A DNA stretch of 52,938 bases from an uncultured bacterium (GTDB lineage Bacteria > Babelota > Babeliae > Babelales > RVW-14). The translations under genes and the position numbers were made by a program. The stretch covers positions 1 through 52,938 of the forward strand of contig CAIKAH010000048.1 in NCBI GenBank assembly GCA_903825355.1, in the 5' to 3' direction. Of this stretch, positions 27,800-36,722 are shown in pieces; position 1 is the stretch's first letter; each line of letters starts with the position of its first letter. The notes under the pieces were generated by a model. The model was not told the origin of the DNA and searched no databases. It saw nothing but the letters and a program-made list of their open reading frames with translations.

Positions 27800-28345
27800 T
27801 CATTCCAAGACTACTAAAACCTGATTTGGTTTTACCACATCCCCTGGGCTGATGGAAATGGTTTTGATACTCCCATTGGTAGGAGCGCATATTTCATTCT
27901 CCATTTTCATCGATTCGATCATGAGAAGCGGTTGCCCTTTGACGACTACTTGGTTAGGGCAGACTAATATTTTTGTAACACGACCTGCCAAGGGGCTTTT
28001 GATTGTTTTAAGGTCGGCGGCATTGCCAGAAAAGGTTTCTTGACTGGCTGGGAGGAACAGCGATTGTAGCTGTTGCCTGCTCATTGGCTTTACGGTAACA
28101 GCTTTGCCATCTGCTGGACACACGGTATAAAGATTATCTTGCTGGGTAATGCGCATGCTCAGGCGGCGGCCACTACAGACGAAGGTAATAGTGCCTTTTT
28201 CAGGGCTGTATTGTACGTCGGTGACCGTGATGGACTTGGTGCTGTCATCAGGTTTGGTAACCACCACGGCAATCGTGCCATCATGCTGAGTAACAAGGGC
28301 ATAATGCCACTCGCGATTATTAATTAAAAATTTTTTTATCGCCAC
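27800..28345 (-). CDS. Biotin carboxyl carrier protein with N-terminal beta (BT-like) domain
   Basis: IKSPLAGRV...IESMKMENEI.AP..G biotinyl domain. Confidence 0.9.
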   Translation of the reverse strand: MAIKKFLINNREWHYALVTQHDGTIAVVVTKPDDSTKSITVTDVQYSPEKGTITFVCSGRRLSMRITQQDNLYTVCPADGKAVTVKPMSRQQLQSLFLPASQETFSGNAADLKTIKSPLAGRVTKILVCPNQVVVKGQPLLMIESMKMENEICAPTNGSIKTISISPGDVVKPNQVLVVLE

Positions 28346-29844
28346 GGTTGTGTCCTCCAGCGGCGGCTTGAGCGTGTAGGCTCGGTTGATACGGGGAGGG
28401 CTTTGTGTATGGAGGCCAGCGCGGCTGCCAGCCCAGCAATAAGCTCTTCTTCAAGTGTTACCGGTAACTCTTGGGCTAATAGTAGCACGACATCCTGATC
28501 AGCTAATGATTGGGTGTGTAAGGCGCCAGAACTAAAGAGCGATGACCGCATAATGCCTTGTAGCAGTAGCTGATTGGTGGTGATGCCTGCAACAAAGAGG
28601 CGTTCGAGTAGACTGCTCATAGTGTGTTGTGCTGCAGAGCGATTAGTGCCGTGACACAATATTTTGGCAATCATAGGGTCAAAAAATGGGGTGATTTCCA
28701 TGCCTTCATGCAAATCGTGTTCGAGCCGTGCTTGCGGATGCAAGGGCCAGCTAAGCGCTTGAATGGCGCCAGTAGAAGGCATAAAGCGTTCACGCGGGTT
28801 TTCAGCGTATAAGCGGCACTGCATGGCATGCCCATGGAGTGAGACATCACTTTGCGTAAAAGGTAATTGTTGCGTGCAAGCAAGATCAAGCTGTAGCCCA
28901 ACTAAATCAATGCCGGTAACTAATTCCGTGACGCCGTGCTCCACTTGCAGGCGGGTATTCATTTCGAGAAAATAGAATTGCCCATCAGGCGTGACAATAA
29001 ACTCCACGGTGCCGATACTGTCATAGGCAACTGCTGCAGCTAGCCGGCAGGCAGCATCATACAGGGCTGTTTTAAGCTCGTTGCTTAAAAAGCAAGCAGG
29101 AGCCTCTTCTATAATTTTTTGGTGTCGACGCTGGATTGAACATTCACGTTCAAATAAGTGGATTGTTTGCAGGCCATCGCCAGCAATTTGGACTTCAATG
29201 TGTCGGCCGGCGACAATATATTTTTCAATGAGCAGAGCCGTTGTATTTGTTTGCCGTGTTGCTTCGGCAATAACGGCATCCCAGGCAGCAGGAAAATCAC
29301 CGGCAGCCATTACTCGGCGCATGCCCTTGCCGCCTCCGCCGAGCGGGTCTTTAATAATCACCGGAAAGCCAATTGCTTCAGCAGCCTGGAGCGCTTGGTC
29401 AATTTTTTCTGGTGCAAGATCAGTGATTAATGTTGCTGGCATCGTGGGGACCGCTGCTTGCTGTGCAATAAGGCGTGCACGTTCTTTGCTAGCCATGGCA
29501 GCCATTGCTTGTGGTGATGGCCCAATCCACGTTAAGCCCGCTTGTATAACGCGTTGTGCAAAGGAAGCTTGTTCTGATAAAAAACCATAGCCTGGATGCA
29601 CAGCATCTGCGCCAGCGTGAAGAGCAATAGCAATCAGTTCATCTTGCTGCAAATAAGCGCTGCTTCCATTTCCTGATAGGGGGTAAGCTGCGCTTGCATT
29701 AGCAACATAGCGTAGAGACGCATCTTCCGGTGCATACACAGCGATAGTGCGGAGGCCACGCGCATGACACGTGGCCTGAATGCGTAGTGCAACTTCAGAG
29801 CGGTTGGCAATGAGAATGGTTTGAATTGCACGGTCCACAATCAT
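28336..29844 (-). CDS. accC: Biotin carboxylase (acyl-CoA carboxylase alpha-subunit BC domain)
   Basis: ILIANRSEVA, HPGYGFLSE, GGGGKGMR, ERECSIQRRHQKIIEEAP, FLEMNTRLQVEH, FDPMIAK. Start ATG 29844 overlaps the upstream TAA (TAATG). Confidence 0.92.
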   Translation of the reverse strand: MIVDRAIQTILIANRSEVALRIQATCHARGLRTIAVYAPEDASLRYVANASAAYPLSGNGSSAYLQQDELIAIALHAGADAVHPGYGFLSEQASFAQRVIQAGLTWIGPSPQAMAAMASKERARLIAQQAAVPTMPATLITDLAPEKIDQALQAAEAIGFPVIIKDPLGGGGKGMRRVMAAGDFPAAWDAVIAEATRQTNTTALLIEKYIVAGRHIEVQIAGDGLQTIHLFERECSIQRRHQKIIEEAPACFLSNELKTALYDAACRLAAAVAYDSIGTVEFIVTPDGQFYFLEMNTRLQVEHGVTELVTGIDLVGLQLDLACTQQLPFTQSDVSLHGHAMQCRLYAENPRERFMPSTGAIQALSWPLHPQARLEHDLHEGMEITPFFDPMIAKILCHGTNRSAAQHTMSSLLERLFVAGITTNQLLLQGIMRSSLFSSGALHTQSLADQDVVLLLAQELPVTLEEELIAGLAAALASIHKALPVSTEPTRSSRRWRTQPWR

Positions 29845-31313
29845 TAATTGCTTTCTGGTAAGGCAAGCGGCCACATAAGGTCATCGGGTTGGTCAAACGC
29901 TTGCTTTTGCTCAAGTACATTATTGCATGCATGCAAGAAATGTTGAGCATTAAACGCCACAATTTTGGTTGGTGAGGTAATATACTCAATAAATTGCTCT
30001 TGAGGGAAATGCAAGAAAAGGTCAGATATCAGCTTGTAGAGCTCTTTTTGTTTGAAGTGGTTGCGTACGTGATAATTTGAAGTAAGGACTACCGTTTTTT
30101 CTGTTGACGGAATTGCGTTGTACAATGTTTCAAATTCATGGCGGCGAATCATGTAGTCGTCTTTGCCAAAGAAAAAGAGCAGCGGGGTTTTGGTAATAGT
30201 TGGCGCGTAGTCGAGTAGAGTAATGTTAGAATGGTGGTGCATACCAACAATTTTTGCTGCAATAAAATCTACGGTTTCTTTGGCGCAGCCCGTGCTGAGG
30301 AGCCAATGCTTTGAAAGGCCGCCTGTTTGCGGGTTAACCAGCGTTGCAAAGTCATTTTTAATTTTTTCTACAAACAATGGCAGAGAGAGCCAGCAACCAT
30401 CAAGAATGAGTTTGTCAAAGAGCCCATGCTCCATGATTTCAGTGTAGGAAGGATACTTGCTTGCTTGCTTTTTCATCTTTGGATTATCAATGAGATTAAG
30501 GGTGCGCTGGAGCTGGTAGAGTTCTTTTTCTGAGGCATTTATCATTTTGCTGTTTCTGCTTTTAAGCTCGGGTGGCAGCCCAAAGCGTAAACGTTCAGTA
30601 AGTGAGGCTGTTTTTGCAAATACGAAGGCGCCATAGCAAACGCCTAGGCCATAAACGTGTGCATAACCAACGCCATTGTTTTGTTTTTTCTTATGTCTTC
30701 TAAAAGCTTCTACCACAGCGAAAGCATCAAGGTGTTCTTTTTCGCCAAAGGTAACCTCGCGTGGGGCAATACAAAAGGCACGTTGAATAGGGTCTAATAC
30801 AAACTCTTCAGGATTGAAGCCGTGTCCTCGCCAATCCATCAGTACAACGTCATAGTCGGGAAACATATCGACAAATGGTGTCATCATTTCGCGTTCATTA
30901 GTGAAGCCGCCAGCAACAACAATCAGCGTACTACTGTTGCGGTTAAAGTAAGTGCATCCTAGTTTGATGTTGTCGGCAGTAGTTACCCAGTGGAGTGATG
31001 CAATGTTTTCTTTACGTGATTTTTTAGTGCTGACGTGATATTTGCGGACTTTATAGACGTCTTTTACAAATTCAGTGTTAAAACACATTGATTGGTCTAG
31101 GTCGCGATTGATGATTTTTGCAACCTTTTCAACGCGATCATCAAGTTGAAAGCCTGGTTTGCCATTGTGCACAATCGCTGTTTGGTAGTCGTAAACAAAA
31201 TTTTCGTTACGTGTAAAAGTGATAGGTTTGACTTCGTTGGTTGCAAAAAGGGAAGTGTTTACTAATGAAAATAGAAAAACTGCTAGTAACACAAAGAATT
31301 GTCTCATACTCAT
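29844..31313 (-). CDS. Secreted alpha/beta-hydrolase with Cys nucleophile (GVCYG)
   Basis: VAGGF, MDWRGHG, FGEKE, YGLGVCYGA, LILDG, FFGKDD and C-terminal His motifs; signal peptide. Confidence 0.82.
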   Translation of the reverse strand: MSMRQFFVLLAVFLFSLVNTSLFATNEVKPITFTRNENFVYDYQTAIVHNGKPGFQLDDRVEKVAKIINRDLDQSMCFNTEFVKDVYKVRKYHVSTKKSRKENIASLHWVTTADNIKLGCTYFNRNSSTLIVVAGGFTNEREMMTPFVDMFPDYDVVLMDWRGHGFNPEEFVLDPIQRAFCIAPREVTFGEKEHLDAFAVVEAFRRHKKKQNNGVGYAHVYGLGVCYGAFVFAKTASLTERLRFGLPPELKSRNSKMINASEKELYQLQRTLNLIDNPKMKKQASKYPSYTEIMEHGLFDKLILDGCWLSLPLFVEKIKNDFATLVNPQTGGLSKHWLLSTGCAKETVDFIAAKIVGMHHHSNITLLDYAPTITKTPLLFFFGKDDYMIRRHEFETLYNAIPSTEKTVVLTSNYHVRNHFKQKELYKLISDLFLHFPQEQFIEYITSPTKIVAFNAQHFLHACNNVLEQKQAFDQPDDLMWPLALPESN

Positions 31314-31543
31314 TGGTGTAATTCCTCAAAATAGATTTTTAATTATAGCCCACCCCTAAAAACCTTTACTGTAGCCCTAAGTCAGTAAAAGCACCTCACT
31401 GTACCTGTCCATTTTTGCTTTGTCAAATAAAAATAAATACAAATTGCATAATTAAAATAGCCGTTAGCGTAAACGCGTACATTTGTTTATGCTAAGTGAT
31501 GTTCCGATAGCAATTTTCCTCATATTATTTTGTGCGATAAAAA

Positions 31544-32779
31544 ATGAACCAACTAACTGTACGCAAAGATTTTCCGCTAATCAACCGCCTGCCACTGGTC
31601 TATCTTGACAATGCGGCAACTGCCCACAAACCGCAGGCTATGCTTGATGAGTTGCAGCGATTTTATGCCGATAACTATGGTACGGTGCATCGCGGTCTCT
31701 ATACCTTAGGTGAAAATGCTACCAGTAGTTATGAGCAAGCACGTGCTACGATTGCCAAATTTATTAATGCCTCTGCTGAAGAGATTATATTTACTAAAGG
31801 GACAACCGAGGGGATTAACCTGGTTGCTGCTGCGTGGGGGGTGGTTCACCTCAAGGCTGACGACGAGATTGTGCTGACGCAAGCAGAGCACCATGCAAAT
31901 TTGTTGCCGTGGCAGTGGGTTGCCCAGCGCACTGGGGCTAAGCTGGTGCTTATTCCCCTTGATCAAAAGACGTTCTTGCTCGAAAACCCCTCATCATTTA
32001 TTTCTTCTCGCACAAAATTGGTTGCGGTTACTATGAACTCGAATGTGCTAGGACCCATTTGGCAGGCTGGCGACCTTGCTCTGCTTACACGCCGGGCGCA
32101 CGAAGTTGGAGCCAGAGTGCTTTTAGATGCTGCCCAGGAAGTTGCGCATCAACCGGTAGATGTGCAGGCGCTGGGGGCCGATTTTGTTGTTTTTTCTGGC
32201 CACAAGCTTTTTGGCCCTACTGGCTCAGGTATCTTGTATGCGACAACAGCTGCACAAAAAATGATGGAACCGTACCATCGAGGTGGCAGTATGGTTTATG
32301 AGGCGTGGTTTGATCGAGCAACGTGGCAAGAAGGGCCGCAAAAATTTGAAGCTGGGACGCCGTTAATTGCAGAGGCTATTGGCCTTGCTGCCTCAATTAA
32401 TTATTTAAACCAGGCAATTAATTGGCGAGCGGTGCATGAACATGAAACAGCGCTTTGTAGAAAACTCATCGAAGGCTTAGGTCGCATGCCGCGCGTTACT
32501 ATTGTTGGTAATCCAGTAATCCTCAAAGCTCATGGGCACTTAGTTTCTTTTGTGGTCCAAGGTATTCATGCTCACGATATTGCTAGCATATTGAGTAGTA
32601 AAGGCATTGCTGTGCGCGCCGGGCACTTATGCGCGCAGCCACTTGTTCGTGCGCTTGGTCATGAATCGCTGGTCCGGGTAAGTGTTGCTTTGTACAATAC
32701 CCTTGAAGAAATAGATACCTTTTTGCACGAATTAGAATGTACCATCGTGCTCTTTAATCAACTTGTGGAGCAATCATGA
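31544..32779 (+). CDS. sufS: Cysteine desulfurase, group II
   Basis: YLDNAATAHKP, EHHANLLPW, DAAQ, FSGHKLFGPTG, FEAGTP, VRAGHLCAQP. Confidence 0.95.
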   Translation: MNQLTVRKDFPLINRLPLVYLDNAATAHKPQAMLDELQRFYADNYGTVHRGLYTLGENATSSYEQARATIAKFINASAEEIIFTKGTTEGINLVAAAWGVVHLKADDEIVLTQAEHHANLLPWQWVAQRTGAKLVLIPLDQKTFLLENPSSFISSRTKLVAVTMNSNVLGPIWQAGDLALLTRRAHEVGARVLLDAAQEVAHQPVDVQALGADFVVFSGHKLFGPTGSGILYATTAAQKMMEPYHRGGSMVYEAWFDRATWQEGPQKFEAGTPLIAEAIGLAASINYLNQAINWRAVHEHETALCRKLIEGLGRMPRVTIVGNPVILKAHGHLVSFVVQGIHAHDIASILSSKGIAVRAGHLCAQPLVRALGHESLVRVSVALYNTLEEIDTFLHELECTIVLFNQLVEQS

Positions 32780-33156
32780 GCAATTCGTTGTACCAAGAAA
32801 ATTTAGTCGAGCACTTTAAATATCCCCAAAACAAAAAAGCAATTCAGGATGCTGATTTTGCCGTAGCTGACCACAACCCTTCATGTGGTGATCGTATCAG
32901 CATGCAAGGGTTGATAAAAGAAAATATATTGGCTGATGTAGGATTTGATGGCTCTGGTTGTGTTATTAGCCAAGCTGCTGCATCAATGCTTACCGAACTC
33001 TGTTTAGGTAAAACAATTCCTGCTATACTTGCCATGACCAGTGACGACATGGCCGGATTGGTTGCCATTCCCCTTGGTCCTACGCGACTCAAGTGTGCAG
33101 TTCTATCATTACAAGCATTACAGCAGGGGTTACGAGAATATCTCGCATCCCACTAG
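32776..33156 (+). CDS. sufU: SufU/IscU-like Fe-S scaffold / sulfur acceptor
   Basis: NPSCGD, GCVISQAAAS, RLKCA; ATGA overlap with sufS. Confidence 0.9.
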   Translation: MSNSLYQENLVEHFKYPQNKKAIQDADFAVADHNPSCGDRISMQGLIKENILADVGFDGSGCVISQAAASMLTELCLGKTIPAILAMTSDDMAGLVAIPLGPTRLKCAVLSLQALQQGLREYLASH

Positions 33157-33175
33157 CTGGGATGAAAGGATTCTC

Positions 33176-34687
33176 ATGATATCAGTTAAGCTGACGCAGC
33201 AAGCATTTTGGCAACATAATGTTGAAGGTTACCTTATCCCTCTCAAAAAAGATTTGGTGGAGCTAGGTTCAGAAAGTGTGTTGAAGTATATCGAAGAGCA
33301 TTACTACCCACATCTGAAAGAACTTCTAAAGAAGCATCAATTTGAGGGAGACCGGGGGCAGGCTTTTACGTTGACGGCCAAAAAAGGTGATTCGCTTATT
33401 CAATTTTTGTTTGTAGGCGTTGGTGGCATGCATGGGGCATGGCATCAAGAGCTTGAGATATTACGCCGTGCGCTTGCTACTGGGTTACAAACGGCTAAAA
33501 GAAATGCGCTTAAAGATGTGGTTATTGCATTGCCAGCAGGCAGCTTGTATCAACTTAGTGATGATGAGTTGGTAAAACAAATGACGCTTGTAGCGCATAT
33601 GGCTACGTACGAATTTACCACCTTTAAGTCTGACAGCAAAAAGAAAGCGCCATGGACAAGCACGGTGTTGATCTGTTCAGCTGCAAGCACGGATGCAGTG
33701 GAGCAAGGTAATATTATTGGTGTTGCAATCAATCAAGCTCGCCATTGGGCAGATTTGCCTGCAAACCATATGACCCCAGCTATTCTTGCTGGTGAAGCAG
33801 AACGGATTGCCGTTAAGCATGGCTTTAAAAAGACTATTTTTGGCAGAAAAGAAGCGCTTGAGCTTGGTATGGGCGGCTTTTGTGCTGTTGACGCCGGCTC
33901 TGCGCAAGATGGTAAGTTTGTGGTGTTGGAATACAAAGCTAAAGCATCAGATGCGCCAACTATTGCGCTCTGTGGTAAGGGCGTTATTTTTGATACTGGT
34001 GGTATTAACCTCAAGCCAACCAGCGGCATTAGTGGTATGAAATTTGATATGTCTGGTGCAGCTGCAGTGATTACCGTCATGGATATCATTGGACAGCTAA
34101 AACCGGCCGTAAACGTAGTGGGTTTAACTCCATTAGTAGAAAACATGCCAAGTGGTACAGCATCTCGTCCTGATGATGTTATTACCTGTATGAACGGTAA
34201 AACTGTAGAGATTCAAAATACCGACGCAGAAGGCCGCTTAATTCTTTCGGATACCTTGTGCTATGCCGAAAAATTCTTCAACCCTACCGTCATGATAGAC
34301 ATCGCCACGCTTACCGGTGCGGTGCAACATGGTCTTGGGCACTTTTACACAGGGGTGATGACCAAAGATGACGAGCTCGCTCAATCATTGCTTGCTATAG
34401 GTCGTAAAACGGGAGATCGTACCTGGCAGTTGCCAATGGATGATGATTTTAAGGGTGCTATCCGCTCAGATGTTGCTGACATCCATAACAATGGTTCCTC
34501 AGCGTACTATGCAGGTACCATTGTTGGCGCAACATTCTTATCAAACTTTGTAGAGAAGGCTCGCTGGGCTCACCTGGATATCGCTGGAACCGCGCATGAT
34601 GTGCCAGCAATTAATTACGTTGGCAAAGGTGCAACCGGGGCTGGTGTTAGATTGTTGACAGAGTTTGTTTTGAATTTTCAGGGGTAA
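33176..34687 (+). CDS. pepA: Leucyl aminopeptidase (M17)
   Basis: GKGVIFDTGG.NLKP, MKFDMSG, NTDAEGRL, DIATLTGA, WAHLDIAG. Start ATG 33176 after AAGGA. Confidence 0.95.
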   Translation: MISVKLTQQAFWQHNVEGYLIPLKKDLVELGSESVLKYIEEHYYPHLKELLKKHQFEGDRGQAFTLTAKKGDSLIQFLFVGVGGMHGAWHQELEILRRALATGLQTAKRNALKDVVIALPAGSLYQLSDDELVKQMTLVAHMATYEFTTFKSDSKKKAPWTSTVLICSAASTDAVEQGNIIGVAINQARHWADLPANHMTPAILAGEAERIAVKHGFKKTIFGRKEALELGMGGFCAVDAGSAQDGKFVVLEYKAKASDAPTIALCGKGVIFDTGGINLKPTSGISGMKFDMSGAAAVITVMDIIGQLKPAVNVVGLTPLVENMPSGTASRPDDVITCMNGKTVEIQNTDAEGRLILSDTLCYAEKFFNPTVMIDIATLTGAVQHGLGHFYTGVMTKDDELAQSLLAIGRKTGDRTWQLPMDDDFKGAIRSDVADIHNNGSSAYYAGTIVGATFLSNFVEKARWAHLDIAGTAHDVPAINYVGKGATGAGVRLLTEFVLNFQG

Positions 34688-34697
34688 CTAGATTAAA

Positions 34698-34735
34698 AAC
34701 AGAATGCCAGGAACCTCTACTCCTGGCATTCTGTT
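34698..34735. terminator. 15-bp-stem hairpin after pepA (probable terminator)
   Basis: aacagaatgccagga-N8-tcctggcattctgtt; no clear U-tract on the + strand. Confidence 0.65.
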
Positions 34736-34765
34736 CAAAAAACACGATTTTTATATAAAATTATT

Positions 34766-34794
34766 TTGACGAACGTAATTTTTTCAACTATTCT
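34766..34794 (+). promoter_or_regulatory. Probable sigma70 promoter for tRNA-Val/Asn
   Basis: TTGACG-N17-TATTCT upstream of tRNA-Val. Confidence 0.6.
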
Positions 34795-34820
34795 TCATGA
34801 ACACTTGATCACTACATCGA

Positions 34821-34897
34821 GGGCGAATAGCTCAGTTGGTTAGAGCACCTGCCTTACAAGCAGGGGGTCACAGGTTCGAATCCTGTTTCGCCCACCA
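34821..34897 (+). tRNA. tRNA-Val(TAC)
   Basis: GGGCGAATAGCTCAG...CCTGC-CTTACAA-GCAGG...GGTTCGAATCC...TTCGCCCACCA. Confidence 0.96.
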
Positions 34898-34986
34898 TTT
34901 TGCGCTATCAGAGTTAATTCTAGCTGCGAATGGTATGCCGGTCAAAATCATTAAATGACTGTGCAGGTTTTAACTGAAAATGTCAT

Positions 34987-35062
34987 TCCCGAATAGCTCA
35001 GTTGGTAGAGCACACGACTGTTAATCGTTAGGTCGCAGGTTCGAGTCCTGCTTCGGGAGCCA
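34987..35062 (+). tRNA. tRNA-Asn(GTT)
   Basis: TCCCGAATAGCTCAG...CACGA-CTGTTAA-TCGTT...GGTTCGAGTCC...TTCGGGAGCCA. Confidence 0.95.
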
Positions 35063-35251
35063 CTTTTTAAGTCTAGTAAGATGCACTTTCTAGGGTTTCC
35101 GTCCACACATTTTTTGCTGAACTCTTTTTTTGTTTTTTTCTTTAAATAGTGTATAATTTTTACATCAATCACATTGTTCCAAATGTCGATCTCGGCAAGA
35201 ATAGTGCACATTAATTAATAATAGTTTTACCTTAGGCGTTTGAGGAATAAT

Positions 35252-36043
35252 ATGCAGTTTAAATTGATGCTAATGCTATCAATCGCGGCAATGATCCCGG
35301 GATATGTTGGAGCCCTGACATTCGAAGAAGAAGGTGGAGCAATTATGAGTATGCTAAGCAGCCTAAACAGAGTAGACCTATCCAAGTCTGATTGGAAATC
35401 TACAGGTCCCACTGCTGAAGACATACGAGCCGGCAACGAGGCAGCAGCTAAATCTTCCAGTTTTTTTGCTAAAAGAGACCTGGGGGGAAAGCTGAAAGAT
35501 GCAGTGGAAAAGGGCTCTATTAAGGATATTAAACCGTTAATTGATGCAGGCGCTGAGCTTGAAATTACAGATTATTGGGGTATGACTCCTCTTATGACCG
35601 CTGCACAAAAAGGTTATGTTGAGATTGCCAATATGCTCGTAACGGCAGGAGCGAATATTGATGCTTTCACGCCGGAAGGTTCGAGGACTGCGCTTGTTTA
35701 TGCTATAGACAAAGGCCATACTGAAATTGCAAAGCTTCTAATCGCTAAGGCTAAGGCTTCATGCAATTTTAAAGCACTTGCTAGTGCTATAGACAAAGGC
35801 AATACTGAGATTGTAAAGCTTCTTGTAGCTAAGGGGGCCGCTCAAAAAAACCAAAACGAATTCGAACGTTTGTTTCTTTCTGTTGTGCAACGAGGTGACA
35901 ATCAAATGGTGAAAACTCTTATGTCTGGGGAGACTAGTATAGATGGTTTTACGCTAAAGATAGCTTCTATGTCTGCGCGGAGTACTTGCTCGCCTGAGGT
36001 TGTCAAAGCTATTGAGGATCTGCAGAAAAAATCCAGTAAGTGA
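35252..36043 (+). CDS. Secreted ankyrin-repeat protein
   Basis: ATG 35252 after GAGG; signal peptide; GMTPLMTAAQKGYVEIANMLVTAGANID, RTALVYAIDKGHTEIAKLLI, ALASAIDKGNTEIVKLLVAKGA. Confidence 0.9.
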   Translation: MQFKLMLMLSIAAMIPGYVGALTFEEEGGAIMSMLSSLNRVDLSKSDWKSTGPTAEDIRAGNEAAAKSSSFFAKRDLGGKLKDAVEKGSIKDIKPLIDAGAELEITDYWGMTPLMTAAQKGYVEIANMLVTAGANIDAFTPEGSRTALVYAIDKGHTEIAKLLIAKAKASCNFKALASAIDKGNTEIVKLLVAKGAAQKNQNEFERLFLSVVQRGDNQMVKTLMSGETSIDGFTLKIASMSARSTCSPEVVKAIEDLQKKSSK

Positions 36044-36061
36044 TTTTAGCAAATCGCATTC

Positions 36062-36546
36062 TTTTTTCACTTCAGAAAAATAAGCCGATTGGTTAACACC
36101 GGTTGGCTTTATTTGATCTTTGACGATATGCTCATTAAAAAAATCTTTGCCATGAACATGCGCGGCACGGGTATGTTTTACGATACAAACTAGTCGCTGA
36201 TGGCCTATACTCATTAGTTGAATTACTGCACTGGTGCATTAAAAATAACATGCCAGCAGAGATGCGCATGCATAGCAACCACGTAGTGACATACAAAGCC
36301 GAACCTCGTCAACATGTGAAAAATTATAACATTCGATGGAACACATAAAAAGCTTATAGGCCGGAGAAACAAACACTCGGTCTTGGCGAATACTTTTCAA
36401 AAAACCTTACTATACAGGAAAATCATGTTTCAGCGGTTTTACTTGCTTACGCATTTGCGCAGCTAGAAATGAAACGGCTCCGACTCAAAACACCAGAAGA
36501 CGCTATTAGAGCTCTTAGGGAGAAATTTTACCACTCTAACCTCTAG
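36062..36546 (+). pseudogene. Decayed, internally deleted DDE transposase (IS701/IS4-like)
   Basis: GWLYLIFDDMLIKKIF...GTGMFYDTN* (first catalytic Asp region), then YNIRWNT*KAYRPEKQTLGL...QENHVSAVLLAYA (Y-x2-RW-x-IE-x2-FR-x2-KQ-x-LGL-like motif, degraded by a stop). Confidence 0.75.
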
Positions 36547-36722
36547 CAATTTGTTGATGAGTACGATTTTTCGCTATACGTTGATGCCTAAGCTACAAAA
36601 TCCTGTGTATAAAGCAGGCTAGGGTAGCTTTTTAGCTACTGTTTCTAGACATTCTGTTCTCGTTCTTTCAAATTACGCTCAATTAAAAAAGTGACTGGTA
36701 CCCATTCCGTAGGATTTCTAAA

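Noticed and set aside
33041-33175. 45-aa N-terminal extension of PepA overlapping sufU
   Set aside because: GTG start lies inside sufU; ATG 33176 has an AAGGA ribosome-binding site and gives a normal-length PepA.
34951-35211. 86-aa minus-strand ORF
   Set aside because: Antisense to tRNA-Asn; a typical spurious tRNA-derived ORF.
35954-36214. 86-aa minus-strand ORF
   Set aside because: Antisense to the ankyrin gene end and the transposase remnant, whose motifs are on the plus strand.
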